In this document: positions 39,501 to 50,059 of the stretch, piece after piece
Layout: each line of letters opens with the position of its first letter
How positions within the stretch are numbered: the first letter of the stretch is position 1
Origin: Amphiscolops sp. MND2022
Taxonomy: Eukaryota
Reading direction: 5' to 3'
Assembly (NCBI GenBank): GCA_964187785.1
Contig: OZ076409.1
Span: forward strand, 69,628,001-69,692,000
DNA: 64,000 nt
The notes under the pieces: generated by a model
What the model was told of the DNA's origin: nothing
Databases searched by the model: none
The model's input: the letters and a program-made list of their open reading frames with translations, nothing else
Made by a program: the position numbers and the translations under genes

Positions 39501-41473
39501 CGTCGACGTATTGGGCACATTTGTCTGCTTCTACCAGTGCATCTAAGTACTCTCGAATTGTACTGTTGAATGCAGACAAAGACCTATTCAACCCTTGCGC
39601 GAGTCGGAGGTAAGCAAAGGTTCTGCTGCCAAAATTGAATGCCAGAAGTTGTATTGATTGTTCGTCGGCCATTTGGAGGCAGTGGTAAGCTTGCGAACAG
39701 TCAAGCTTGCAAAAGTACCTTTTGCCAGCCATATGCATCGGCAATGGCTGCATCGGCAATGGTCGTTACTGGGTGGTTGTGGTTCTTGTAGTCATTTTTG
39801 AGGAGGTGGTTGATCCGCCTCAAATCGACTAGTATCCGAAGTTTCCCGTTAGGATTTCGTTGTGCGAAAATTGGGGAGGAATATTTACTGTATGGTAACG
39901 TCGTGATAATCCCGTACTCCTGCATCAGTGCGAGTTCGTCCAGCAGATCATCTTTCAGATTGGTTGGAGTAGGTAGACTCTGGGCGTACACGGGATCATC
40001 GTGTTTTGGGGTCAGCTTGATCTTGAAATCGGTGTTGATGCCGATATCAAGACGATGTCTAGCTAATATCGTGTGATATTTGACGAGCAGTTCTTCGATC
40101 CTCTGTTGCTCATGCTCAGTGAGGATCGAGTCGTCCCAGCTGAAATTTTTGAGGAATGTTTGGCGTTGTTCGTCATCGCATGTCGGGTTGAGTTTTTCAG
40201 CTTCTCGGAGTTTGATGAGTTCGTCGTAGATACGTCTTTCTATTTTATTCAGCTTGTCAGGATCGTCACATGTTTCGGGCGTCGGGTACCATCTTTTATC
40301 ATTTGTGGCGCTTAGATCCTGGAATAATTGGTTGATCACATTAGCCGCTTCATCAGGGAATTTAGTGATCAACGCCAGCTGCTCGTTGGTCATTGGCTGG
40401 ATGTTTCTGGCTTGGTTTGGCGTAAGTATTCGGAAGACTGCGATTGTACTGCTCTGAGGTATTGTAACTGCGTGGTCCATGTGGTTGGTAATTTGGACGT
40501 GTGTCTGTTGGTCCTTGATTTCAGACATTGATGGTGACACTAGCAATTCAGTTTTTCGTTCAAAGGCTGGGAACGCCTCTATTGTGCCTGTCACTATTCC
40601 GATGTCCTTGTCCGTTGTAACAGTCACAAATATTTGTTGTCCGGGCGAGATGGTTGTTTTTTGGGTTGTTCTGAGTTCCAACATCTGCAGTTTGAATTTC
40701 CCGTTTGGCGGTTTTAGTTGGAGGGTTATTTCTGGGAATCGTACAATGTTATTTGCAAGGTCTAGCGTGACAGAGTATTTTTTAAAGAAGGAAATTCCGA
40801 TGAGGATGTTTCCCATTGTTGGTAGGATCATGAATGTCTCTTCGAATATTTTTCCCCCAATGAAAAATCGAAGAAGCACTTGTTTTCTCACCGGAACGAT
40901 ATTTCCGTTGGCTATTTGGACTTTGAAGTCCGGTGCTGGATATTCTTCCAACTGGGCTGCTGGGTGGGCTTGTAGGATTCGACGTAGCTCGTTTTCAGAC
41001 ATCGCGCTCTGGATTGCTCCAGTGTCCAGTAGCTCTTGATTTTCATACTCACGGAATTGAAGAGGGACGTAGAGCATCTTGTTTCTTCTGTCTAACTGGA
41101 GTGTAGCGCTTAATGGTCTGATGTTTGATGGCTTCGGTTGGTGCCCCTGTTTGGTATTGTCATCCAGTTCATTCGGTTTTTGTTGTGGGTTTCTAGTTCT
41201 GGTCGGGTTGACCCTCTCGCGTTGGTGTGGCCTGGCTGCAGTCTCTTTCGGAATGCAGCCCTTCGTTGTACAATTGGGGTTGTCGTCTATGAGAGGGAGT
41301 ATGTGGTAGTTATTTGTCGAGACTTTGCGTACATAGTATTTTGTTGATAGTTTAGTCTGTTTATCAGGACGCTGCCAACATCCTGTCGTTGTAGTTTTCG
41401 AGTAGTAGTGAGTTGGAGTTGGTTTTTTGGTGCGCGCACTTTCTGTTTGGTTGGACTGAGGATGACATGGCAT
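36509..41473 (-). pseudogene. pol: Pol (protease, RT, RNase H, integrase) with three lesions
   Basis: Protease LLDTGA; RT ILVDLRRIN, KLDCSQAYH and YVDD; RNase H CDASEHAAG and TDNKAL; integrase HHCC plus IDLVG/TDKGT/VERSH. Lesions: a frameshift near 39740 (14-bp duplication CCATTGCCGATGCA), an in-frame TAA at 39232-39234 and a frameshift near 37050. Confidence 0.93.
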
Positions 41474-43062
41474 TACAAGTTTTTTGAATTCGTATCGTAT
41501 TCATCGTTGTAGTCCATGTCGTAGCAGTCGTTGGTTTCTTCTGGTTGGGTGGTCTGGCTTGTCGGTTGCGTGACTTGGTAGGTTGGTTGGTAGTTGTTTT
41601 GTGACTGTTTGAATTCACGGCGGAACTCTCGGTTTTCATTGGTGGATTGTTTGGCATATGGTACGTTTCGGTAAGCCGATGCTCCTGATACCCTGTCTCT
41701 GCAATCCCGTGCTGAATGTCCGATCCTGCCACAAATTTGGCATACTAATTTGGAGTTGTATCGTGGTTTTTCGGTTTCTTGTTGTTGGGCATTGTTGTTT
41801 CCATGTTGGGGACGTTGTTGTGATTTCTTCGTTATTCCGTTGGCTTCGTCCCTGAGGCGTTTACGGCATTCAATCCACTTGTGGCCTAGTATGTTGCAGT
41901 ATCTGCAATTTCCTTCGAATCTTCGTTTGACTTCTCTTGTTGGGTTCTTCTCGGTGTTTTTTGGGTTGTGGGCTGGCTGAGCGTTGTTTTGCTTTATTTG
42001 GTAGTTGTAGACCTGGTTAAGTGGCTGCATATCCGAGGTGCCGGGGAGCAGTTGTGCATATTGGCAACGGCGTTGTACAAACGTCTTGATTTCTTCAACC
42101 TTGGCATCGTGTTTGCCTGCCATGGCAAGTTCATTCTGAATCTGGATTGGTAGTTTGGCAAACAAGAATGTTTCGGCTATGTCATTGGCTTTATCTCCGT
42201 ATGCTTGTTTGGCAAGTTTCTTGTATCTAGTTAGGAAATCAGCAAATGATTCCTTTGTGGGGTCATACCTCATCTGATCGAATTTGTACTTCGATACTTC
42301 TTTGAGGTCTTCTTTCGCATACTCCTTGGTGAAAGCTTGCAGGACGTCTTGGAGTGTCGTTTCTGTCGTGATTTTTAGTGTTTGCCAGAATTCTATGGCT
42401 TCGTCTCTAAGCAAGCTTTGAAAATAGTTTAGCTTCTGCTCTTCTGTTAATTTGTTCATGTGTGGGCGGAGGTGGTTCTTCAGTAGGTGTTCGAATTCGT
42501 TGTACTTCTCTCGGTTTCCGCGGAAGAGAGGTACTTGAGTTTGGAGGATTTTGGGCTGTATTACTCCGTCGGTCATTGTTGTTCGTAGGTTGTGTATTTC
42601 GGTCAATACATCATCCATCTGAGGGTCATTGGTGGGTGGTGCACGATCTCTGTTTTGGTGAGTTGCAGGGTTTGGGAGGGTCCTGCGTGGTTGTTGGATA
42701 TTTGGAGTCGGATTTGGGTTCGTGGAGACTCCTGTCACCATGTCAGAACGAGTCACGTTCGTGTTAATAACGGCGTTGAGACCGCTACATTCGGTCGTCG
42801 GTGTTGATATTTTCTCGGTAAGGGCTAACACAATGTTTGTTAATTCGCTGATTTGTTTATTCATCTCCATAAAACGTTGATCAACGGAAGTTGAGCTAGA
42901 ATTTTGTCTAACATTGATTAAATCTCCATTCTCGAATTCATTCATCTGGTTTCTAGATAAAGTGTTAGGAAAACTATATTCGCTTTCGTTGTCACTATTC
43001 TGTTCCATTCCGCTGGAACATGCAGCATAACTATCTACGTTTTGAGATCTGGTATTGACCAT
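41473..43062 (-). CDS. gag: Gag polyprotein, 529 aa
   Basis: Uninterrupted ORF; capsid-like region (VPLFRGNREKYNEFE...LRDEAIEFW) and two CCHC knuckles (CRYCNILGHKWIEC, CQICGRIGHSARDC). Confidence 0.93.
   Translation of the reverse strand: MVNTRSQNVDSYAACSSGMEQNSDNESEYSFPNTLSRNQMNEFENGDLINVRQNSSSTSVDQRFMEMNKQISELTNIVLALTEKISTPTTECSGLNAVINTNVTRSDMVTGVSTNPNPTPNIQQPRRTLPNPATHQNRDRAPPTNDPQMDDVLTEIHNLRTTMTDGVIQPKILQTQVPLFRGNREKYNEFEHLLKNHLRPHMNKLTEEQKLNYFQSLLRDEAIEFWQTLKITTETTLQDVLQAFTKEYAKEDLKEVSKYKFDQMRYDPTKESFADFLTRYKKLAKQAYGDKANDIAETFLFAKLPIQIQNELAMAGKHDAKVEEIKTFVQRRCQYAQLLPGTSDMQPLNQVYNYQIKQNNAQPAHNPKNTEKNPTREVKRRFEGNCRYCNILGHKWIECRKRLRDEANGITKKSQQRPQHGNNNAQQQETEKPRYNSKLVCQICGRIGHSARDCRDRVSGASAYRNVPYAKQSTNENREFRREFKQSQNNYQPTYQVTQPTSQTTQPEETNDCYDMDYNDEYDTNSKNL
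42728..42740 (-). other. Primer binding site (tRNA-Leu-like, tentative)
   Basis: TGGTGACAGGAGT immediately after the 5' LTR; one mismatch from the TGGTGTCAGGAGT expected for a typical animal tRNA-Leu(CAG) 3' end. Confidence 0.7.
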
Positions 43063-43671
43063 CTTTGAATCTTCGAAAGGAATTGTTGTTTTGAAGGTTT
43101 ATTGATTTTAATAGGAAATATGAATAATCAAGTTTCGACTAAGTCAATGAGGTAAGCAACGCTACGTTAGGCTGTGTAAAACTTCGTACTGCTGATACTT
43201 CAACTCTTGTCTCAAATTTCACTGCAGTTGGTCACGTGACCGCATTGGCCAATAGTATTGCGCTATTGATTAGGTGTTAATTGGTGCGTCCTGCTGGTAG
43301 CAACGTAAATGGTGTTTTGTACAAAAGGTAGCACCAATATGTTACCATGGTTACATGAATCATCTATCATTTGCGTTGGTTGATACAAATTGCGTCTATG
43401 ATGGTGCACTACCAACGTTATATATGATACTACATTTTACTGATGAAATTAAATATGGTGAAAGCACTTGTACGAAGCGTGTAATGAGTAAATGATGTCA
43501 ACGTTTACAATTCGTTTTTTATTTTAGGAAGTAATAATAATGATGGGATAGGCCCGTCATTGTTCAATGGTAATTTATGGTTATTGAAATATCAAGAGTA
43601 TTATATTTAACTGAGTTTTTTAAATGTTTAGATTGTTTTTTATCAGTTTCATTCATGCTTCCGGCATGACA
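42741..43671 (-). repeat. 5' LTR (931 bp)
   Basis: Reads TGTCA...TGACA on the - strand and is followed directly by the PBS. It differs from the 3' LTR by about 6 substitutions and one 1-bp indel (counted by eye). Confidence 0.96.
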
Positions 43672-46600
43672 GTGACACAAAGTTCAAAAACATCCCCATC
43701 AGAGTAAAACTCGAACCCTCTGTGTAGCAGTTGTTAGACGTACATATCAGACACCAGCGTGGAAATCGAGTGGGTTTGGAACTGATAATACCACCATGAA
43801 AAAAATGCAATCCACTATCCGGTATATGGAAAACTGCTGGAATTATTTTGGAAGGCCCAAGTCGGCGCACCGCTCCCGACTCAAAAAGGGCAAAGAAACA
43901 TTTCCAAAAACCCGTTCGTGTAACTAGAGGTTTCTCTCTATTTGAAAACGTTTGGTGAAATAGTACCAAACAACTTCTAACGGTGATACTTTGCTACTGT
44001 CTAGCCTTGTAATTTGGTCCTAGAAGTTTTAGGCTTTCTGCACGACAATATGAAACTGCCTATGAAGTTGAACAAATTGAACAAAAAAGAGGACACTACG
44101 ATTTGAAGCTGGAGAAAAAACTGATCAATGTATAACAGTCTTGCATTTTTTCCATAAAACGACTACCAATAACTCCAGTGTATAACAAAGGACCTCATTT
44201 TGTCTAGGTAAAATGAATTCTAGGTTTTCTCTATCAATGATATGTTTCTATTTTTGATGTTTTCCCAACCAAAAACTTCGATTTTGAGAAAACTCGACTG
44301 AAAACTGACTAGCTTCAGATCTATCTGACAACTGAATTGTTTCGAAAAATATAACTGTAGTAAAATTGTAGTGAAAAATGTTTTGCAAAAATTCCAACAA
44401 CTTCATATCAGAATACAAACAAGAGACAAAGCTTACCACTGTAATTAGTCAACCACAGCAACCGTTTTCAAATAGGAATGGAATTTTTTAAAGATCAAAA
44501 ATGTCTTATATTTTACTTTTATTATATAACTTCTTTTATACGTCAACAAAACGTCACTAAACGGTATTCACAATTTTATCACTGATCAACAATTCACAGC
44601 AATTCAGAACTATTTTTCAAAGACTATTCTTAGACTTGCTGCCGAAAAGTGAATATTGAAAGATACATAACTTCTGTTGATGGTGTTTCATCCTGCAACA
44701 TCGTAATATCGCTTTCTAGAAAAGTGCGCTCAGTCCTAGAATCCAAAATGTAGCAGAACAAACGTGGTTACCATATGTTGGGGATGACTTAAGAAAACAC
44801 TTCTTGCTCACAGGAACAGATTCGAAGACACAGTTCGGATGATTCACAAAACATGACCAGCGACTTGGCAAACAATTGAACCACAGTTTCCATTTTATTG
44901 ATCTAATTTGTTCTCTTCACTCAAGTGCAAACTGCCCCATTTCTAAGCTAGAACACTCACACTATATTTGAATCGAGTGCTATTTCTGTCGAAAGTCTCC
45001 ACTTACCACATGACGTTAGTATAACACGATGGTCGATGGTATCGGGGGACCATTTCAACTTAACAGCGGTCCCCGATTCAATTAAATTTCTTGCTCAAAA
45101 GCTGTCTTTTATCTAATTACAGCTAATTTCATTACATGTTCACTGTTTTAATGTCTAGGTGTCAAACAATGGAGTTCTGTCTTTAATGTAGACGTTTTAG
45201 TACCTAACAAGATTGGAATAAAAGACCGATGCCACATTCTGACTTCGGGTGAGTTCATTTTGAACGTTTTTCGACCTTTTGACATTTTCGAGATGTGATT
45301 TAAATGAAAACACCTTTTTTGCAGAAATTACAAGAAAAATGACTGTTTTAGAAATTTTAAAGTTGAATCATTAGACAAAACTGAATTTATCCTTTTATCC
45401 ACGCAAAGATATCATAAATGTTTTCAGAGAAAAGTTTTTCTCATTAGTTGGGCCACCTAGAGAAGCTCATTTGAGAATATAATCTCGAGTAATTGGGAGA
45501 ATTACATTTCCATCTCGAGTTGACGTTTATAGACTTGAAAGCAAATCACAAAACTGGAATGGAACATCAAAACAAAATCATTTGTCATCAAGTTAATATA
45601 AGTAAGAAAGTTAACAATTTTTTTTTCGAACCGAAGAAATTTACATTCAATTACTTACTTATTTTATTGAATGTCATTTTCTTCGGTTCGAAAAAAAAGT
45701 GTTAACTTCGTTTAAACATGAAAAAACACAAAAAAACTTCAAGTCAAGGAATCCGCTCCTGACAGTTAACTGGCCAACTAAACTGATCCAGCGGAACACT
45801 AAAAAAATGCTCTTAATCGTGATGTTCCATATTGAGATACCGCTCGATTAAATCGCTCTATAAACTTTTTTTTATCGTCGTTGTTATTCTACTGTAACGG
45901 AAAGCATCCAGCGCTCAAAAAAGCGAGCAGTGAGAAAACGTATCGGCAAAAAATCCCGCGGAATATTCCGTTTTCGGGCTTTTTTTATGAATGATGTGAA
46001 AACACGTCGAAAAACAATCCAAAACGCTTAAACGTGCTTCCAAAAACCGCACATTTAAGAAGAGGATCACTACCAACACATTCGTTACTCAGAAGGATTT
46101 AACAAACATCAAAGCTAATACTTACTCTGCTCAAAATGTTTATGCATTTAAAAAAAGAGTAGGAAATTTGCTAATAATAATTTACATGCTGCTCAAAGAA
46201 ACTGAAATAAATTTTAAAAAAACTTCTAACAAGACTCCGGCTGAGCAGTGGGATGTTTCTTTTCGATCTGTTTTTCGCTACGACATATTCTCGAGTCTCG
46301 AGCGTAGCTGACGAACTTCGATTTTGAGGACAAGATTGGAACAATTGAAAACATTGAGATCATTTTTGATTCTATTCATTCGCATTCCTCAAAACATTGA
46401 TCAAAATTTTTAATGAACAAAATTAAATAATCTAAGGTTTCTGATTCCTTTCAAACATTCTGTTCTGATACATGTATATTATAGTGGAACCCTGTTGATT
46501 TTCACAATCACGAATGCTTTTGAAACGTGTATTAAATTTGCATTGAATGGGCAAAAACGAAACGTATTTAACCCTTTGTTACTTTCTGGGAATGTTAGGC

Positions 46601-46849
46601 ACCTGTTTCCAGATTTTGTCGAACCGAAATGTAAACTCTTAGAATGAGAACCCAATAATATTCAATCATTGAACCCTTACAGTAATGACTTCTGAGTTAC
46701 AAAAATTTGATGGAAATCACATTAGGGAACATAACTAGTGTATTTGTGTAATAGATAAAATTTTAATAGTAACTAAAGGACCCAAGGAAGAACACTTGAG
46801 CAAAATGACGCAAGTATTAAAAGTTTTTGATGAGCCAAAATTACAGCTA

Positions 46850-48800
46850 AGGGAAGAGAAATGCCTACCTGCACGAGAAAGCAAAAATGGCTGGGATATA
46901 AGTTGACAACAATTGGCACATTTCCGATTGAAGCGAAAGCCTTAGGAATAAACGATAATTGCGACACCAACCAATTTGAAACAATTACGTTCGCTCGTAG
47001 GAGCAGGTATTCGCTACTACAAGTTTATAACAAGCGTGGCGGCCATAAGCTAGCCTTTCAGAACAATTTTGTAATAAGATGCTGAATGGATGTGTGACCA
47101 GGAATATTGACAAGCATTCACTAGAATGTTTGAAGAACATTAAAAACTTGAACATTGTAATGCGTTTCCGGTCGATAAGACCAACCGCAGTTGTTTTTAC
47201 AACCACGCCAATCTAATAGTGACTGCCACAATGGAGATAGAACTTTTGGTCGTTGTATTGTTCAACATTTTCAAAAGTATGTAAATGGTATACTGTTCGA
47301 AGTAATTTCAGATCACAAAGCACTAATTTCAGTACTGAAGCCATTGACTGGAAAGAAAACATTCTCTGGTAGATTGACACGATGGGTAGATAGAAGAATA
47401 GATTGCTATTCGAAGTAGTGCATGTAGCGGGAAGACTTCTTGGTATAGCAGACTACCTTTACAGAATTCGTACAGATCTACAGGGGGCACCAGTGAAAGC
47501 CAAAACACCGTGGAGTGAATGCTTTCATGTAATTAGTGTAACTAGCTTGAATCGTGTGTTAGGAAACAAGGAAGCGACAAGTGATTGAAGATAGCCAGCG
47601 AAACGTGTGCACGAAAATTATAAAGTCAACCTCGTGAATGAAGCAAAAGAAAGCATTAAACCAGATGGCAGGAAAAGCGTAATTCGCGGTAAACAAAAAA
47701 ACCATTGTACCAGAACCGTGCTTGATCACAAAATGAGTCAAAGGCCACGAATCAAACCTTTGAACGAAAAGTTTTGGCCGACCAATTATGTTGCCGATAA
47801 AACAATTCAGCGTATCGTAGCCTCAGTAAAAAACTATAAAACTGCCGTCAGTAGATTTCCTCTCCCAGGAGGGAAAAGTTCCTGTCGTTTTCACGAGAAG
47901 GTAAAGAGGTCCTTCACATGGACAACGGACTTGTAATTCCGCAATCTATGACACCAATGATTATGTGTTTCCTTCGTTATTGGCTTTCTGCCGGAAGTGC
48001 CATTTTCTAGACGTTGTGAACAGTGTCTTCAGTCATGTAATAGTCTAGAATGTACTCTGAACCAAAAACAACGAAAAAGCCCAATTCCGGATGCAAATGA
48101 ACAAAATGAAGAAATAGTACCAATGAGTTGTGCCTGCAAGTTCGAAAATTCGAAAGAAAGGAAAAAGTTCCGGTTAATGTCAATCGATCAACTTTCAAAG
48201 TGACCGACGAAAACTTTTTAAATCGCCAATCTACCACGAAGGTCGTAGAAAGTTTAGAAAAAATTTTGCGCCATACGGCGTTCGAAAGAAAATGACAGCG
48301 GATCCAAGCACGATTTCTGTGAGCCAAGTGTTTGCTCAGTTCTGTGACCACTTTGTTAGAGAATATATAAAATGCCCATTGCGCGATCACAGGGGAAATT
48401 GCAAAATCGAACGACTAATGAGAAAGATCCGTTCGAACGAACAAGTACTATTATTCAAATACATGTCGGGAGTGTCAGCGATTTTTATGTATTAGTGGGA
48501 AGGAAGATGGTAGATCACAATCGAGTAGCATTTGGGAAACAAACCTAAGACAGTGAAATCCAATGTAGTGAAAGAGTAATTGGATACTTCAGAGCAAGGT
48601 CCGAACTTGAAATCCAAACCCTCAGATTTCGACCACAAGCTAAATTCAACTGTCCTTGTAAGAGAAAGATCCAGGGCCTCGAAGTTGGAGACAGCAGTCG
48701 ACGAGAAGTCTGGAACAGTTTTCATTGAAAGTGCCCACACAACTAAACCACTGCCGGCGTCAGCAAAAAGACAAAAGCCTTTTCTTGAAAAATGAAAAGG
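46850..48800 (+). mobile_element. Highly decayed Gypsy pol fragment (RNase H and integrase)
   Basis: VISDHKALISVLKP..KTFSGRLTRWVDR, VHVAGRLLGIADYL and DHRGNCKIERLMR in broken frames; related to the 50-56 kb element. Confidence 0.8.
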
Positions 48801-50059
48801 GCTATCGCGATAGCATCAAAGGAAAAGAAGGCGATACTCAAGAAGACACAAGAACAAAATCTGTCGAAGAAAATACAATTTTGTGTAGGCTACAGTCTAA
48901 TCTGTCCCAAAAAGACCCACAAAAAAACCAAAAACACTGAAATTATCCAACTTTTGACCATTGAAGTACATTTTTGCTGAGTTTTTGGACGTTTTCGTCA
49001 GTTAGAATTACCAAAGAGTCAATGGACTACAACAAATCAGTTGAAGAGCACGTCTATCGAAAAAATTGTAGACTTTTGGTATAAGTGCATCAAAGTGAAC
49101 CAAAATCACCTGAACATTCGGTAAGTATTGACCATATTGAAATCTCACATTTTGTACAATTTGCTCATTTCGAGACGCAAATTTTACGAAATGCTCAAAG
49201 ACGAAACACCAAGTGCAATTTTCGTAGGGAAAATCTGATGAATTGTGATCAAATTATCAATCGGAATCACCACAAAAAATTTTAAAATTCCAAAAGTATC
49301 CCTGATTGTTCGCACGTATCCTAGCCTCTGAGACATTTTGGGAATTTCGAAAGCCAACAAGATCAAGGAATAAAAAAACTTTTTGTTCCGCTTATCAGAA
49401 GAGTCAGAAGAGAGATCTGAAGTTCCTGGTTCAACAAAATCGAAAATGCCATCAAAAACGATTTTTTTTCAATTGTAAACGAAATCAGTATTTTCTGCAT
49501 GTTTATGTTTTATAGAAGCTTCCTGTTTTCTGGTACAAAACTTTTCTTCATTTACCATTCTTTCAAGTGAAACATCTCACGTTTTTGTTTTCGAATGTCA
49601 AAATGCCCAGAAAGAAGCAAAAATGCCAAAAATTTACAACTGTAGTGTTCGACTGTTTCGTGCATTATGATTTCTTTTTGTTTTTCCCATGGGTAAAAAT
49701 ATCAAAAGGGCTGAAAATGAAATTTTTAGCTAAATAGTCTAGCCTACTCTTTCGAGAATCTTTTTCATGGGGAAAATGGAAATCTGAACAAAACATTCAA
49801 AGCTTGACAATTTCATGCATGTTCTTCAAAAACTTTTTGGGCGCGAAAAGGTTCAAGATTCCAGTGACTTCTGTTGTTATTTCATTTCAAAATTAGGACT
49901 GTGTTAGTGAGGTTCAACAATCTCTAAAGTCAATGATTTATGACAAATGATTCAATTCAAACTTTCCTTAGGTGTACGTGTAAATGTTAACGTTATCCTC
50001 AGACTTCGCAAAACAATCAGAATTGTCAAATGTTTGTGAATGGACTAACTGTATCGTAT

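Larger units (their letters stand above)
28233..43671 (-). mobile_element. Full-length Ty3/Gypsy LTR retrotransposon, 15.4 kb, with an extra antisense gene
   Basis: Direct repeats of about 931 bp with TG...CA ends, identical 5-bp TSD GTGAC at 28228-28232 and 43672-43676, PBS, PPT, gag and pol in PR-RT-RH-IN order. Confidence 0.97.

Noticed and set aside
37235..42807. Many + strand ORFs opposite gag-pol
   Set aside because: Shadow ORFs on the reverse strand of coding sequence, with no motifs or coherent splice structure.
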